The notes beneath the pieces are model-generated. The model made no database searches, had not been told where the DNA came from, and saw only the letters and a program-made list of their open reading frames with translations. 64,000 nt of DNA, from positions 640,001 through 704,000 of the forward strand of contig OY969934.1 of NCBI GenBank assembly GCA_963704725.1, in the 5' to 3' direction. Origin of the DNA: an uncultured Actinomycetes bacterium (lineage in GTDB: Bacteria; Actinomycetota; UBA4738; HRBIN12). Shown here one piece after another: positions 19,995 through 29,842 of the stretch. Within the stretch, counting starts at the first letter, position 1. Every line of letters starts with the position of its first letter. Both the position numbers and the translations under genes were made by a program.

Positions 19995-20019
19995 GGCGGC
20001 GAGGATACCGAACCGCCTC

Positions 20020-20931
20020 TCACCGCAGGCGGGCGATCCGGCCGGGCGGCGGCTCGGGGAACGCGTCGGGGTGCAGCGCCCACGCCAGGGCCTCGATCCC
20101 GTCGACCAGCCTCGGGCCCGGTCGTGAGAAGTACGAGGTCGCGTCCACCGCGAACGCGTTGCCCGTCCGCGCCGCCGGGAGCCGCTGGAACGCGGGGAAC
20201 GCCGCGAGCTCGGCTCCCTCGTCCTCGGCGCCGTCGAGGTCGTAGCCGCACGGCATGAACACGACGACCTCGGGCGCGGCGCGCTCGACCTCCTCCCACG
20301 TCACGACGCGCGACGGCTGCTCGGGCTCGTTCAGGAGGTTGGCCCCCCCGGCGAGCTCGATCATCTCCGGGACCCAGTGCCCGCCGACGAACGGCGGATC
20401 CAGCCACTCGAGCGCGAACGTTCCGATCGACGGGAGCCCGGCCGTGACGCGCCGGACGGCGGCGATCCGCTCCCGCAGCCGTGCCGCGATCTCCTCGCCC
20501 CGCTCCGGGGCGCCGAGGAGCCGTCCCGCGGCGCGGATGGACTCGATCACCTGGTCGAGCGAGTTGGGATCGAGCGAGAGCACCTGGGCCTGCGGGGTGC
20601 CGAGCTCGTCGAGGGCGCGCTCCACCTGGCCGCTGGGGACGGCGCAGACCCGGCACAGGTCCTGCGTGAGGATCACGTCGGGCTCGATCCGGCGGATCAG
20701 GTCGACGTCGAGCCGGTACAGCGGCTCCCGGGCGTCCATCCGCTCCCGAACCGCCGCGTCGATCTCGCGGGAGGTCGCGAGCCCGGGGGGCAGGGTGCTC
20801 CGAGACACGACGGGCTTGTCGTCGACCTCCGGCGGCCAGTCGCACTCCTCGGTGACCGCGGCGAGCTGGTCGCCGAGCCCGAGCGCGAACACGATCTCGG
20901 TCGCCGACGGCAGGAGCGAGATGATCTTCAT
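20020..20931 (-). CDS. cobalamin-binding (BtuF-like) ABC substrate-binding family protein without signal peptide
   Basis: 'MKIISLLPSATEIVFALG', 'TQDLCRVCA', 'GHWVPEMI', 'FSRPGPRL'. Confidence 0.8.
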   Translation of the reverse strand: MKIISLLPSATEIVFALGLGDQLAAVTEECDWPPEVDDKPVVSRSTLPPGLATSREIDAAVRERMDAREPLYRLDVDLIRRIEPDVILTQDLCRVCAVPSGQVERALDELGTPQAQVLSLDPNSLDQVIESIRAAGRLLGAPERGEEIAARLRERIAAVRRVTAGLPSIGTFALEWLDPPFVGGHWVPEMIELAGGANLLNEPEQPSRVVTWEEVERAAPEVVVFMPCGYDLDGAEDEGAELAAFPAFQRLPAARTGNAFAVDATSYFSRPGPRLVDGIEALAWALHPDAFPEPPPGRIARLR

Positions 20932-22127
20932 GTCGGGAGCGCGCCCAAGCGCTCGCGCGACTCGAGCAGCTCGACGAGCGCGCCGAACGCCCGTCCCACG
21001 GTCGCCCCGTCGAGCACGCGGTGGTCGAACGTGAGCGAGAGCGTGCAGGCGGGCCGGGCCTCGACCCGGCCGTCGACGACGAGGGCTCGCGGACGGATCA
21101 CGCCGAGCGCGATCGTGACGGCGTGCCCCGGGTTCAGCAGCGGGGTCCCGTACTCGGACCCGTAGCTGCCGGCGTTCGTGACCGCGATCGTCGCGCCGGT
21201 CGTGTCCCGCGGCTTCAGGGAGCCCGCTCGGGCGGCTCGCGCCAGCCGGTCGATCTCGGCGGCGATCGCGGCGACGCCCATGGCGCCCGAGTCCATCACG
21301 ACGGGGACGACGAGCCCGCGATCCGTGTCCGTGGCGATCCCCACGTTGACCCGGCTGTGCCGCAGGATCCGGTCTCGTGCCCAGCTCGAGTTCAGCATGG
21401 GGTGCTCGCGGCAGATCTCGGTCAGGGCCCGGACGAAGAGCGGGAGCGGCGAGACGCCGAGGCGCCGGCGGACATCCTCGAGCGCGGAGGCGTCGACGGT
21501 GCGGAACGTCGTCACCTGCGGGATCGCGGCGACCTCCGAGAGGTGCTCGGCGATCGAGCGGCGGATCCACGAGAGCGGGAGCTCCTCCGCGTCCTCGACC
21601 CCGCTGACCGTCCACGCGGTTCCGCGCTCGCCCTCGGGAAGCGTCACCTCGCTCGCGGTCGCCGTCACGCCGGCCCCGGCGGCGCGCTCGACGTCCTCCC
21701 GTGTCACGCGACCCTGCGGACCGCTTCCCGACACGGTGGCGAGGTCCAGGCCGATATCCTTCGCCAGCCTGCGCACGGCCGGCGTCGCGGCGACCGGCCC
21801 GTCGGCCGCTTGCGCGCTCGGAGGCGGAGCGGGAAGCGATACCGCGGCCGTAGCGCCGTCGGGAGGAGGCGCGGCGGCCGCCGGCCCCGCGACGTCGAAC
21901 GTGACCAGAGGCGCCCCGACCGCCACCGTCGCGCCGGGCGCGGCGTGCAGGCGGGCGATCCGTCCCGCGAAGGGCGAGGGCATCTCGACGACGGCCTTGG
22001 TGGTCTCGATCTCGGCGATCGGCTGGTTCAGCTCGACGACCGCGCCCTCCGCCACGAGCCAGGCGGTGACGACGGCCTCCTCGAGCCCCTCGCCGAGGTC
22101 GGGAAGGACGAAGACGCGCTCCGCCAT
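20928..22127 (-). CDS. 2-oxoacid dehydrogenase E2 dihydrolipoamide acyltransferase
   Basis: lipoyl domain 'LPDLGEG...ETTKA', E3-binding 'ATPAVRRLA', 'FDHRVLDG'. Confidence 0.92.
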   Translation of the reverse strand: MAERVFVLPDLGEGLEEAVVTAWLVAEGAVVELNQPIAEIETTKAVVEMPSPFAGRIARLHAAPGATVAVGAPLVTFDVAGPAAAAPPPDGATAAVSLPAPPPSAQAADGPVAATPAVRRLAKDIGLDLATVSGSGPQGRVTREDVERAAGAGVTATASEVTLPEGERGTAWTVSGVEDAEELPLSWIRRSIAEHLSEVAAIPQVTTFRTVDASALEDVRRRLGVSPLPLFVRALTEICREHPMLNSSWARDRILRHSRVNVGIATDTDRGLVVPVVMDSGAMGVAAIAAEIDRLARAARAGSLKPRDTTGATIAVTNAGSYGSEYGTPLLNPGHAVTIALGVIRPRALVVDGRVEARPACTLSLTFDHRVLDGATVGRAFGALVELLESRERLGALPT

Positions 22128-23101
22128 CAGTACGCCACCGTCCGCCGCACGGCATCGGCGATCCGCTCGACGCTCGGTAGGTAGGTCTGCTCGAGCGAGG
22201 CGGGCGGGTACGGCACGTCGGGGCCGGTCACGCGGGCGACGGGCGCCTCGAGGTACGCGAACGCCTCCTCCATGATCCGGGCCGAGATCTCGGCGCCCAT
22301 GCCGAGCGTGAGCGGCGCCTCGTGCACGACCACGGCGCGGCCGGTCTCGCGCACCGCCGCGCCGATCGTCTCGACGTCGAGCGGAACGAGCGAGCGGAGG
22401 TCGATCACGCGGCACTCGAGGCCCTCGGCGGCGAGCGCGGTCGCGGCCTCCAGGCAGCGATGCACCATCGCACCGTAGGAGATCAGCGTGCAGGCGTCCC
22501 CGTCGCGGAGCGTCCGGGCCAGCCCGAGGCCGGGGCCGTCCGCGTCGAGCGTTCCCTCGGCCTTGACCCAGTACCGGCTCTTCGGCTCGAGGAAGATGAC
22601 GGGATCGGGGTCGGCGATCGACCGGCGCAGCAGCCGGTAGGCGTCGAGCGGATCGGACGGGACGACGACCTTCAGCCCGGCCGTGTGGACGTAGTAGGTC
22701 TCGGGGCTCTCGCCGTGGTGCTCCTTGCCGCGGATCCCGCCGAAGGAGGGGATGCGGATCACGATCGGCATGGCCACGCGGCCCCGGGTCCGCATCCGGT
22801 ACTTCGCGACGTGGCTGATCACCTGGTCGAGCGCCGGGTAGGAGAACCCGTCGAACTGCATCTCCGCGATGGGGCGCCACCCGGCCATGGCCAGCCCCAC
22901 GCAGATGCCGGCGATGCCGGCCTCGGCGATCGGCGTGTTGAACACACGCTCCCCGCCGAACTCCGACCGGAGCCCCTCGGTCACGCGGAACACCCCGCCG
23001 AGCTCGGCCACGTCCTCGCCGAACACGAGGGTGCGCGGGTCGGCGGCGAGCGCATCTCGCAGGGCGTGGTTCAGCGCCCCCACCATCGTGACCTCAGCCA
23101 C
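22127..23101 (-). CDS. 2-oxoacid dehydrogenase E1 beta subunit
   Basis: 'FGEDVAELGGVFRVT', 'TPIAEAGI', 'EMQF'. Confidence 0.92.
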   Translation of the reverse strand: MAEVTMVGALNHALRDALAADPRTLVFGEDVAELGGVFRVTEGLRSEFGGERVFNTPIAEAGIAGICVGLAMAGWRPIAEMQFDGFSYPALDQVISHVAKYRMRTRGRVAMPIVIRIPSFGGIRGKEHHGESPETYYVHTAGLKVVVPSDPLDAYRLLRRSIADPDPVIFLEPKSRYWVKAEGTLDADGPGLGLARTLRDGDACTLISYGAMVHRCLEAATALAAEGLECRVIDLRSLVPLDVETIGAAVRETGRAVVVHEAPLTLGMGAEISARIMEEAFAYLEAPVARVTGPDVPYPPASLEQTYLPSVERIADAVRRTVAY

Positions 23102-24161
23102 GTCCGAGGAGCTCCTCGCGCTGACGCCGTAGGGCGGCGGGCGGCTCCGCGAACGCGTGATCGAAGATCTCGGACGGCGGCGGCGCCCCGAGCGCGGTGA
23201 GCTCGGCGCGGACGAGGGCCACCCAGGCCTCGGCGTCCGAACGGCATCCCTCGACGAACGCGTCGTCGATCGTCCCGGCCGCGGACAGGAACCGCCGGAA
23301 GCGGTCGATCGGGTCTCGCCCACGCCACCGGTCGACCTCGGCGTCGTCCCGGTAGCGGGTGGCGTCGTCGGCGGTGGTGTGGGGGCCGACCCGGTAGGTG
23401 ACGGCCTCGATCAGCGTCGCGCCGCCGCCTCCCCGGGCGCGCTCCACCGCCGCCCTGGTCACCGCGTAGACGGCGAGCACGTCGTTGCCGTCCACCCGGA
23501 TGCCGGGGATGCCGTACCCGGCCGCGCGGGCGGCGATCGGGGCCGACGTCTGCTGCGCGAGCGGGACCGAGATCGCCCAGCCGTTGTTCTGACAGAACAG
23601 GATGGCCGGGGCCCCGAACACCGCGGCCAGGTTCGCCGCCTCGTGGAAGTCGCCCTCGGAGGCGGAGCCGTCGCCGAAGTAGGCGAGGGCGCAGGCCGCG
23701 CTTGCGTCGAGCTTGGCGCCGAGCGCCCAGCCCACGGCGTGGACGATCTGCGTGGCGACCGGCACGCAGATCGGCGCGAACCGGTTCGCCACGGGGTCGT
23801 AGGGCCCGCCGTGCCACGTCCCCCGGTGGTACTGGAGGTACTCGACCGCGTCGACTCCTCGCACGATCGCGGCCGCGAGCTCGCGGAACGAGGGGAACAC
23901 GAAGTCCAACGGTCCCAGCGCGAACGCGCTCCCCACCTGGGCCGCCTCCTGACCCTCGAACGGCGGGTAGACGGTGAGCTCCCCCTGTCGCTGCAGCGCC
24001 ATGCACTCGCGGTCGAGCCGCCTCGCCCTGATCATGAGCCGGAGGAGCTCGCGGAGCTCCTCGTCCGACAATCCGACGTCGGTCCCGGCGCTCGCCGTCC
24101 CGTCCGGGGCCACCAGCTGGACCATGGGGGCGTCCTCGGCGGAGATGTCGCGGATGCTCAT
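23094..24161 (-). CDS. 2-oxoacid dehydrogenase E1 alpha subunit
   Basis: TPP motif 'GDGSASEG...QNN', 'HTTADD'. Confidence 0.92.
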   Translation of the reverse strand: MSIRDISAEDAPMVQLVAPDGTASAGTDVGLSDEELRELLRLMIRARRLDRECMALQRQGELTVYPPFEGQEAAQVGSAFALGPLDFVFPSFRELAAAIVRGVDAVEYLQYHRGTWHGGPYDPVANRFAPICVPVATQIVHAVGWALGAKLDASAACALAYFGDGSASEGDFHEAANLAAVFGAPAILFCQNNGWAISVPLAQQTSAPIAARAAGYGIPGIRVDGNDVLAVYAVTRAAVERARGGGGATLIEAVTYRVGPHTTADDATRYRDDAEVDRWRGRDPIDRFRRFLSAAGTIDDAFVEGCRSDAEAWVALVRAELTALGAPPPSEIFDHAFAEPPAALRRQREELLGRG

Positions 24162-24214
24162 GCGGGATATCCCTCGGGCGAACGGGGTGGGCGAAGCATA
24201 TACACTGCTGCGCC

Positions 24215-25015
24215 ATGGTCCCGGCCGCCGAGCTGCGCGTCTACCAGCCGCTCGAGGCGTTCCCCGCCGAGGAGCAGGCGCGCTGGGAGCGCTACATCGT
24301 GGCGGGGGCCCCCCACCCTGTGCGCCCCCGGTATGCGGACCTCGCCACGCCGGCCGGGCTCGGCTTCGTCCATCCGACCGGCGAGGACGGCGCCCACGTC
24401 AAGGTGATCGACGGTGCGTACTTCATCTGCCCCGAGCGGACGCGCCTGCGGGTGCTGGCCGGCGCGCTCGCCTTCCGGGAGGCCGCGCCGTTCGAGGGCG
24501 CCGACGCGTTCATCCTACCGGGGGAGGTGCGGCGGCTGCGGCGCCAGCTCCACCGGATGCGGCGGCGGAACCCCGGACACGTGGCCTCCGTCATGCAGAG
24601 CCCGTGGCACGTTCCGGTCCGCTGGTTCGTCCTGTTCGAAGACGAGGAGCGCCGGCTCGCCGAGCGAGGGCTCCGGCATCACCTGTCGTACGTGACGGCG
24701 ACGCGCAAGGCGCTCCGCCGCGCCGAGCGGGCCGTCCCCGTCCTGCGTCACACGGAGCTCGGACCCATCGCGGAGCTCATCGTGGAGCTCCATCAGTGGC
24801 TCTCGGCGTTCGACGCCGCCTCGCTGCTCGAGCTCGACTACGCCGGGCTGTGCGACCTGATGACGTGGGACGAGATGGACGACGACCGCGGCGCGCGTGA
24901 CATCGCGGAGGCGCTCAAGGCGCTCTCGGCGGAGGAGTTCACGAGGTCGGCCGAGCTGTACCAGTCGGCGCTGTCGCGCTCGAACGATCTCCGGACCCAC
25001 GAGAGCACGAACTGA
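24215..25015 (+). CDS. conserved actinobacterial hypothetical protein
   Basis: 'LRVYQPLEAF', 'WHVPVRWF', 'LELDYAGL'; leaderless TACACT promoter upstream. Confidence 0.7.
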   Translation: MVPAAELRVYQPLEAFPAEEQARWERYIVAGAPHPVRPRYADLATPAGLGFVHPTGEDGAHVKVIDGAYFICPERTRLRVLAGALAFREAAPFEGADAFILPGEVRRLRRQLHRMRRRNPGHVASVMQSPWHVPVRWFVLFEDEERRLAERGLRHHLSYVTATRKALRRAERAVPVLRHTELGPIAELIVELHQWLSAFDAASLLELDYAGLCDLMTWDEMDDDRGARDIAEALKALSAEEFTRSAELYQSALSRSNDLRTHESTN

Positions 25016-25024
25016 CCGCCCGGG

Positions 25025-25100
25025 TGGTGGCCAGGGGCAGAATCGAACTGCCGACACCGCGGTTTTCAGCCGCGTGCTCTGCCATCTGAGCTACCTGGCC
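25025..25100 (-). tRNA. tRNA-Phe(GAA)
   Basis: GGCCAGG acceptor stem, anticodon loop CT-GAA-AA, GTTCGA T-loop, encoded CCA. Confidence 0.95.
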
Positions 25101-25148
25101 CTGCGTCGAACGCCGGCCCGAAATGGCGGCCGGCGTCTCGTCGCATCG

Positions 25149-25223
25149 CGCGGCTGACGGGCTTCGATCCCGCGATCTTCGCCTTGACAGGGCGATGAGG
25201 ACTCCGGACTCCTCCACAGCCGC
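25149..25223 (-). tRNA. tRNA-Asp(GTC)
   Basis: GCGGCTG/CAGCCGC acceptor stem, TCGCC-CT-GTC-AA-GGCGA anticodon arm; T-loop reads ATCGAAG. Confidence 0.9.
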
Positions 25224-25238
25224 GTATTCGGTTGTCGG

Positions 25239-25311
25239 TGCCCCCAACGGGATTCGAACCCGTGTCGCCGCCTTGAAAGGGCGAAATCCTAGGCCACTAG
25301 ACGATGGGGGC
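25239..25311 (-). tRNA. tRNA-Glu(TTC)
   Basis: GCCCCCA acceptor stem, CT-TTC-AA anticodon loop, GGTTCGAATCC. Confidence 0.95.
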
Positions 25312-25472
25312 CCGGGCGCCGGGGACAGCCGACGCAGTATAGCCTCCCGCCTCGGGCCCTCCCATCGGGGAGCCCGGAGCCGCCGACGCGGGCCGCTCGA
25401 GGCCGATCGGTCCCCGGCTACGAGGTCCTCCGGCCCTGCGTGCAGGCATCGGGCCGCCCGAACCTAACGGGC

Positions 25473-26021
25473 GTGAGGCGTCTCCTGCTCGTCACCGCGC
25501 TCCTCGCCCTCGCCGGCTCGGCCTGCGCCGAGGCCGCGAGCCCGGGCGGTCCCGCCGCGAGCGGTGGGACGCCGGCCCCGTGGGCCGAGCGCGATCCCGT
25601 CGTCTACTCCGTCGTCGTGGCCGAGGTGCTCGACGACCTGGGGGCGGCCCCGGGGGTGGTGTTCGTGGTCGACGGCGTGTGCCCACAGGCGGGCCAGGTG
25701 GACCCGGGAGAGCTCTCGTGTAGCGGTTCGATCCCGTCCGACGGCAAGGCGGCCCTGCAGGCCCAGCTCGAGCGGTACGCCCGGGTCGAGTTCGTCGACA
25801 CGGCCGAGGCCGCCCTGGGCGACGACGGCGCGGTGCGGGAGGACGGGGTGCTGTTCTGGCTGGGGCCGCTCAAGGACCGCAAGAACGGCGAGGTGCGCGT
25901 GGGCGCGAACTACGCTCGCCGGCTCTCGGGCGAATCCCTCGGCGTGAACCTGGCGATGACGGACCAGGGCGGATCCTGGATCGTCACCGGCGCCGCCGGG
26001 CTCGGCGGGTGCCCGGCCTGA
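25473..26021 (+). CDS. hypothetical lipoprotein
   Basis: signal peptide 'RRLLLVTALLALAGSAC' with lipobox. Confidence 0.65.
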   Translation: MRRLLLVTALLALAGSACAEAASPGGPAASGGTPAPWAERDPVVYSVVVAEVLDDLGAAPGVVFVVDGVCPQAGQVDPGELSCSGSIPSDGKAALQAQLERYARVEFVDTAEAALGDDGAVREDGVLFWLGPLKDRKNGEVRVGANYARRLSGESLGVNLAMTDQGGSWIVTGAAGLGGCPA

Positions 26022-26344
26022 GCCGGGACGAGCTCGTCACCCACCCGCAGATCCACGTCCATCGAGCACTCGAGCACGTGCTGCGCCCGGCGCATCGGCG
26101 ACAGGAGTCGCCTCGGTGCCACGGTCCGCAGGTCCACCACCCGGAGCGATCCGTCGAGCCGCGCCACCACGATCGGGAACCGCATCCCGAACGTGTGGAC
26201 CGAGGTGGCGCCGGGGAACAGGAGCGCCTCGTCGGCCGCGAGACGGTCCGCCCCACGCAGGCCGGCGGAGCGTTCGCGCCATCGCAGGGCCACCCGGCAT
26301 CGCAGCCTCGCCCCGCGGGGGCCGGTCAACACCACGTGCCTCAC
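25910..26344 (-). CDS. DUF192 domain protein
   Basis: 'RSAGL', 'SVHTFGMRFPI', 'HVLE'. Confidence 0.75.
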   Translation of the reverse strand: MRHVVLTGPRGARLRCRVALRWRERSAGLRGADRLAADEALLFPGATSVHTFGMRFPIVVARLDGSLRVVDLRTVAPRRLLSPMRRAQHVLECSMDVDLRVGDELVPAQAGHPPSPAAPVTIQDPPWSVIARFTPRDSPESRRA

Positions 26345-26397
26345 GCCGGCGACCCTAGCGTGACCCGCCGACAGCCCAAGGCCGACACGTCACACAG

Positions 26398-26472
26398 TGG
26401 GCCGGGCAGGATTCGAACCCGCGACACGAGGGTTAAAAGCCCCCTGCTCTGACCTGGCTGAGCTACCGGCCC
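26398..26472 (-). tRNA. tRNA-Lys(TTT)
   Basis: GGGCCGG acceptor stem, CT-TTT-AA anticodon loop, GGTTCGAATCC. Confidence 0.95.
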
Positions 26473-26621
26473 CGGGCCGAGTCTACGGCGGCGTGATGGC
26501 CGGATCCCGCCCTCGGCCCTCTCGCCAGCCCCGCTCCGGGCACCGTAGCGCCAATACCCCAAGGAGCGCATGCCCTCGTCGTCCCTACCCCCGTAATGTC
26601 GGCCGATCAGAGGGGGATCGC

Positions 26622-28496
26622 ATGTCGCGTCAGACCACCGTAGCCCCGGGCGATGCCGGCACGACGCCGGCCGGGGATCGTCTGGAGGAGATCTGGGCGG
26701 GACTGTCCCGGTTCAGTCGGTGCGAGGATGCGAACGCCGGCCGGGCGGAGGAGCAGGCCTTCATCGACACGCCGGCCGGGCCGGTCTTCGTCACGCTCGT
26801 CGAGCCGCTCGGGCGCCGGCGAGATGTCGGATTCCTGGTCTGCCACTCCTTCGCCTTCGAACAACTCGACCTGTTCCCGCTGGAGCTGACGTTCGCTCGG
26901 TTCGCGGCCTCGTCCGGTTTCCCCGTCCTGTACCTCCAGGCGCGGGGGTACGCCGACTCCGGCGGCGATCTCGGCGAGGCGACCGCGACCACGCAGCTCC
27001 GCGATACCCTCGCCGCCGCAGAGCATCTGCGGGCGAGGGGCCACGTCCGCCACGTGGTCCCGGTGGGCGTCCGGTGGGGAGGGGCGATCGCCCTCATGGC
27101 GGCGGACCGCCTCGACGCGCCCGGCGTGGCCCTGTGGAACCCCGCCGTGGAGCCCGGCGCGTACCTGGACGACCTCCTCCGCGTGTTCTCGCGCTCCCGG
27201 ATCGCCGGGAAGGGGCGCGATCCCGCGGCGCCCGAGGGCCCCAGCCGGCAGCAGCTTCGAGCGATGCTCGAGCAAGGGGGGCAGGTCGACCTGTTCGGCT
27301 TCCCTCTGACGTCGCGCTGCTACGGCGACGCGGCCTCCGTGCATCCTCTCGACACCTCGTCGCCGGCGCCCGGCCAGGCGCTGGTCGTCGTGGTGAACCC
27401 CCGGGTCCGGCCCGAGGTCGAACGCACGGCGCGACGGCTCCGCGAGCGTGGCGCCGAGGTCCACGTCGACGAGGCTGAGGGCCCCGGGCGGGCCCAGTTC
27501 GCGCTGGGTGCGAGTCCCGCGGGCCGGCGCGTCGTCGCCGGCCAGACGCTCTTCGAGGACGTGGCGAGGCGGACCGTCGACTGGGCGCTCGAACGGTGGG
27601 ACGGCGTTGCGAGTGAGCCCGTCGTCTCGAACGGCGGAGCCGCCGCCTCCACCGCCCCAGTCGATCCGGCACCGAGACCCGAGGCCGACGTCCTCGAGGT
27701 GCCCGTCTACGTGGACAGCCGAGGCGAGCGGCTCGGAGCGGTCGTCACGGTGCCCCGGGATGGCGGCTCCACCCTCGGTGTCGTGCTGCTGGCCAGCCGG
27801 GCGCGCGATCGAGCCCATCGCAACGGGATGTGGGTGAAGGCGGCACGAACGCTCGCGGGAGATGGGCTGTACGTGCTGCGGCTCGACTACCCGGGTGTTG
27901 GGAACTCGACGGGCTCGCCGCGCATGTTCGGTATGGAGGACATGCCCTCCTGGGCGGTCGACGACGCCTGCGCCTTCCTCATCGACCACACGCCGGTCCG
28001 CAGGATCCTCCTGGCGGGCACGTGCTACGGGGCCAGGGTCGTTCTCGACGCGGCGCCGAGGATCCCGACGGTGGACGGCGTCGCGATGATCGTCGGCCCG
28101 ATCATGCGACCGCTGTCGTCGAGGACCAAGCTCCGCTTCCGGCTGGCCGGCCTCATCGGCAGACGCGCCCGCGGGAAGGACCCGGCCGCCGAGGCGGGCC
28201 GCCCCGCGCCCGGCGCCCGAGCCCAGCGCCGTCGGATCGACCCGGCCTTCGTCCGGACGCTCAAGCGCTACCTCGCGCGGGGGCGCGTGTACTTCCTGTA
28301 CGGGGACCGCGACGTGTACTGGGAGGAGCTGCGCTTCACGCTCCAGCGCCTGCGGCTGACCGAGGATCGGCATGAGGTGGATCTCGTACCGGGGGAGATC
28401 GACTCCTTCCGATCCATCGACATGCAGGCGATCGCGCGCGACCGACTGGTGGCGTGGTGCCGTCGTGCGGCCGCGGAGTTGCGAGAGGTGACGTGA
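26622..28496 (+). CDS. tandem alpha/beta-hydrolase-fold protein (Arg-elbow + Cys-elbow domains)
   Basis: domain 1 'RGYADSGG...GVRWGG', domain 2 'DYPGVGNS...GTCYGA', Pro/Ala linker between them. Confidence 0.75.
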   Translation: MSRQTTVAPGDAGTTPAGDRLEEIWAGLSRFSRCEDANAGRAEEQAFIDTPAGPVFVTLVEPLGRRRDVGFLVCHSFAFEQLDLFPLELTFARFAASSGFPVLYLQARGYADSGGDLGEATATTQLRDTLAAAEHLRARGHVRHVVPVGVRWGGAIALMAADRLDAPGVALWNPAVEPGAYLDDLLRVFSRSRIAGKGRDPAAPEGPSRQQLRAMLEQGGQVDLFGFPLTSRCYGDAASVHPLDTSSPAPGQALVVVVNPRVRPEVERTARRLRERGAEVHVDEAEGPGRAQFALGASPAGRRVVAGQTLFEDVARRTVDWALERWDGVASEPVVSNGGAAASTAPVDPAPRPEADVLEVPVYVDSRGERLGAVVTVPRDGGSTLGVVLLASRARDRAHRNGMWVKAARTLAGDGLYVLRLDYPGVGNSTGSPRMFGMEDMPSWAVDDACAFLIDHTPVRRILLAGTCYGARVVLDAAPRIPTVDGVAMIVGPIMRPLSSRTKLRFRLAGLIGRRARGKDPAAEAGRPAPGARAQRRRIDPAFVRTLKRYLARGRVYFLYGDRDVYWEELRFTLQRLRLTEDRHEVDLVPGEIDSFRSIDMQAIARDRLVAWCRRAAAELREVT

Positions 28497-29842
28497 CCCT
28501 GGCGACGACTCCCTCCTCCTCGACACGCCCGTTCCCCACGCCGCTCGAGGCCCTTCGGTCCTTCCGAGCCGACCCCCTCGGCCTGCTCCTCGGGCTCGCG
28601 AGGGAGCGAGGAGACGTCGTCTCGATGGACATGGGGCGGTTCCACGTGTTCCTGCTCAGCCACCCCGACCACGTGAAGGACGTCCTCGTGGTCAACCACG
28701 CGCGGTTCGAGAAGGGCGACGTCCTGCTGGAGGCCAAGCGTCTCCTCGGCGACGGTCTGCTGACCAGCGAGGGCGAGCTCCACCGGCAACAGCGCCGGTT
28801 GATCCAACCCGTCTTCCATCATCGACGGATGGCGGAGTACACGGACCTCATGGTCGAGCGGGCGGCGCGGGTCACCGACGGATGGCGCGATGGCGAGGTG
28901 GTCGACGTCCCCGACGCGATGGTCCTGCTCACGATGTCGGTGCTGGCGAAGACCGTTCTGGACGCCGACATCGAGGACCACGAGGCTCGGCTGACCGGCC
29001 GCGCTCTCGCCACGTGCCTCGACATGTTCGGACGCCTCGCGTCGCCCTACGCGCGGCTCCTGGACCAGATCCCCTCGCGCAGGAACCGGGAGTTCGAGTG
29101 GGTCCTCGGGGTCTTCGACGAGATCGTCGTGCGGTTGATCGAGGCGCGGCACACCGCCGGCACCGACGGCGGCGATGTGCTCTCGCAGCTCATGCGGGTA
29201 CGAGACGAGGCGACGGGCCGGGCCATGCCCGATCGGCAGCTCCGGGACGAGGTGCTCACGTTCATGGTCGCCGGGCACGAGACCTGGTCCAACTCCCTCG
29301 CTTGGACCTGGTACCTGCTCTCGCAGAACCCGACGGCGCGCGAGGCCATGGAGGCCGAGCTCGACGAGGTCCTCGGAGAGGACCGGGCCGACGCCGACGC
29401 CGCTCGGGCGCTTCCGTACACGAACGCGGTGTTCACCGAGGCTCTCCGCCTGTACCCACCGGCGTGGACCGTGGGGCGCAAGGCGCTCGTCGATCACACG
29501 ATCGGCGGGCACGCGATCCCCGCAGGCTCGATCGTGCTGATCTCTCCGTACGTCGTTCACCGGGACCCGCGATGGTTCCCCGAGCCGTCGGCGTTCCGGC
29601 CCGAGCGCTGGCTCGGCGAGGCCGTCGGTCGGACCCCGACCTTCGCCTACCTCCCGTTCGGCGCGGGCCCGCGCGTCTGCATCGGGCAGCCGCTCGCCAC
29701 GCTGGCCGGCGTCCTGTTCCTGTCGACGATCGCGCGCCGGTGGCGGCTCGATCTCGTTCCCGGTCACCCGGTCACCCCGGAGGCACCCCTCCTCCGGCCC
29801 GCCCATGGCATCCCGATGATCGCTCGGGAGCGCGATCGATGA
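28493..29842 (+). CDS. cytochrome P450
   Basis: I-helix 'AGHET', 'EALRLYPP', 'FRPERW', heme motif 'FGAGPRVCIG'. Confidence 0.95.
   Translation: MTLATTPSSSTRPFPTPLEALRSFRADPLGLLLGLARERGDVVSMDMGRFHVFLLSHPDHVKDVLVVNHARFEKGDVLLEAKRLLGDGLLTSEGELHRQQRRLIQPVFHHRRMAEYTDLMVERAARVTDGWRDGEVVDVPDAMVLLTMSVLAKTVLDADIEDHEARLTGRALATCLDMFGRLASPYARLLDQIPSRRNREFEWVLGVFDEIVVRLIEARHTAGTDGGDVLSQLMRVRDEATGRAMPDRQLRDEVLTFMVAGHETWSNSLAWTWYLLSQNPTAREAMEAELDEVLGEDRADADAARALPYTNAVFTEALRLYPPAWTVGRKALVDHTIGGHAIPAGSIVLISPYVVHRDPRWFPEPSAFRPERWLGEAVGRTPTFAYLPFGAGPRVCIGQPLATLAGVLFLSTIARRWRLDLVPGHPVTPEAPLLRPAHGIPMIARERDR

Noticed and set aside
25910-26021. 112-bp convergent overlap of the lipoprotein and DUF192 genes
   Set aside because: The DUF192 tail is low-complexity read-through beyond the domain; most likely incidental.
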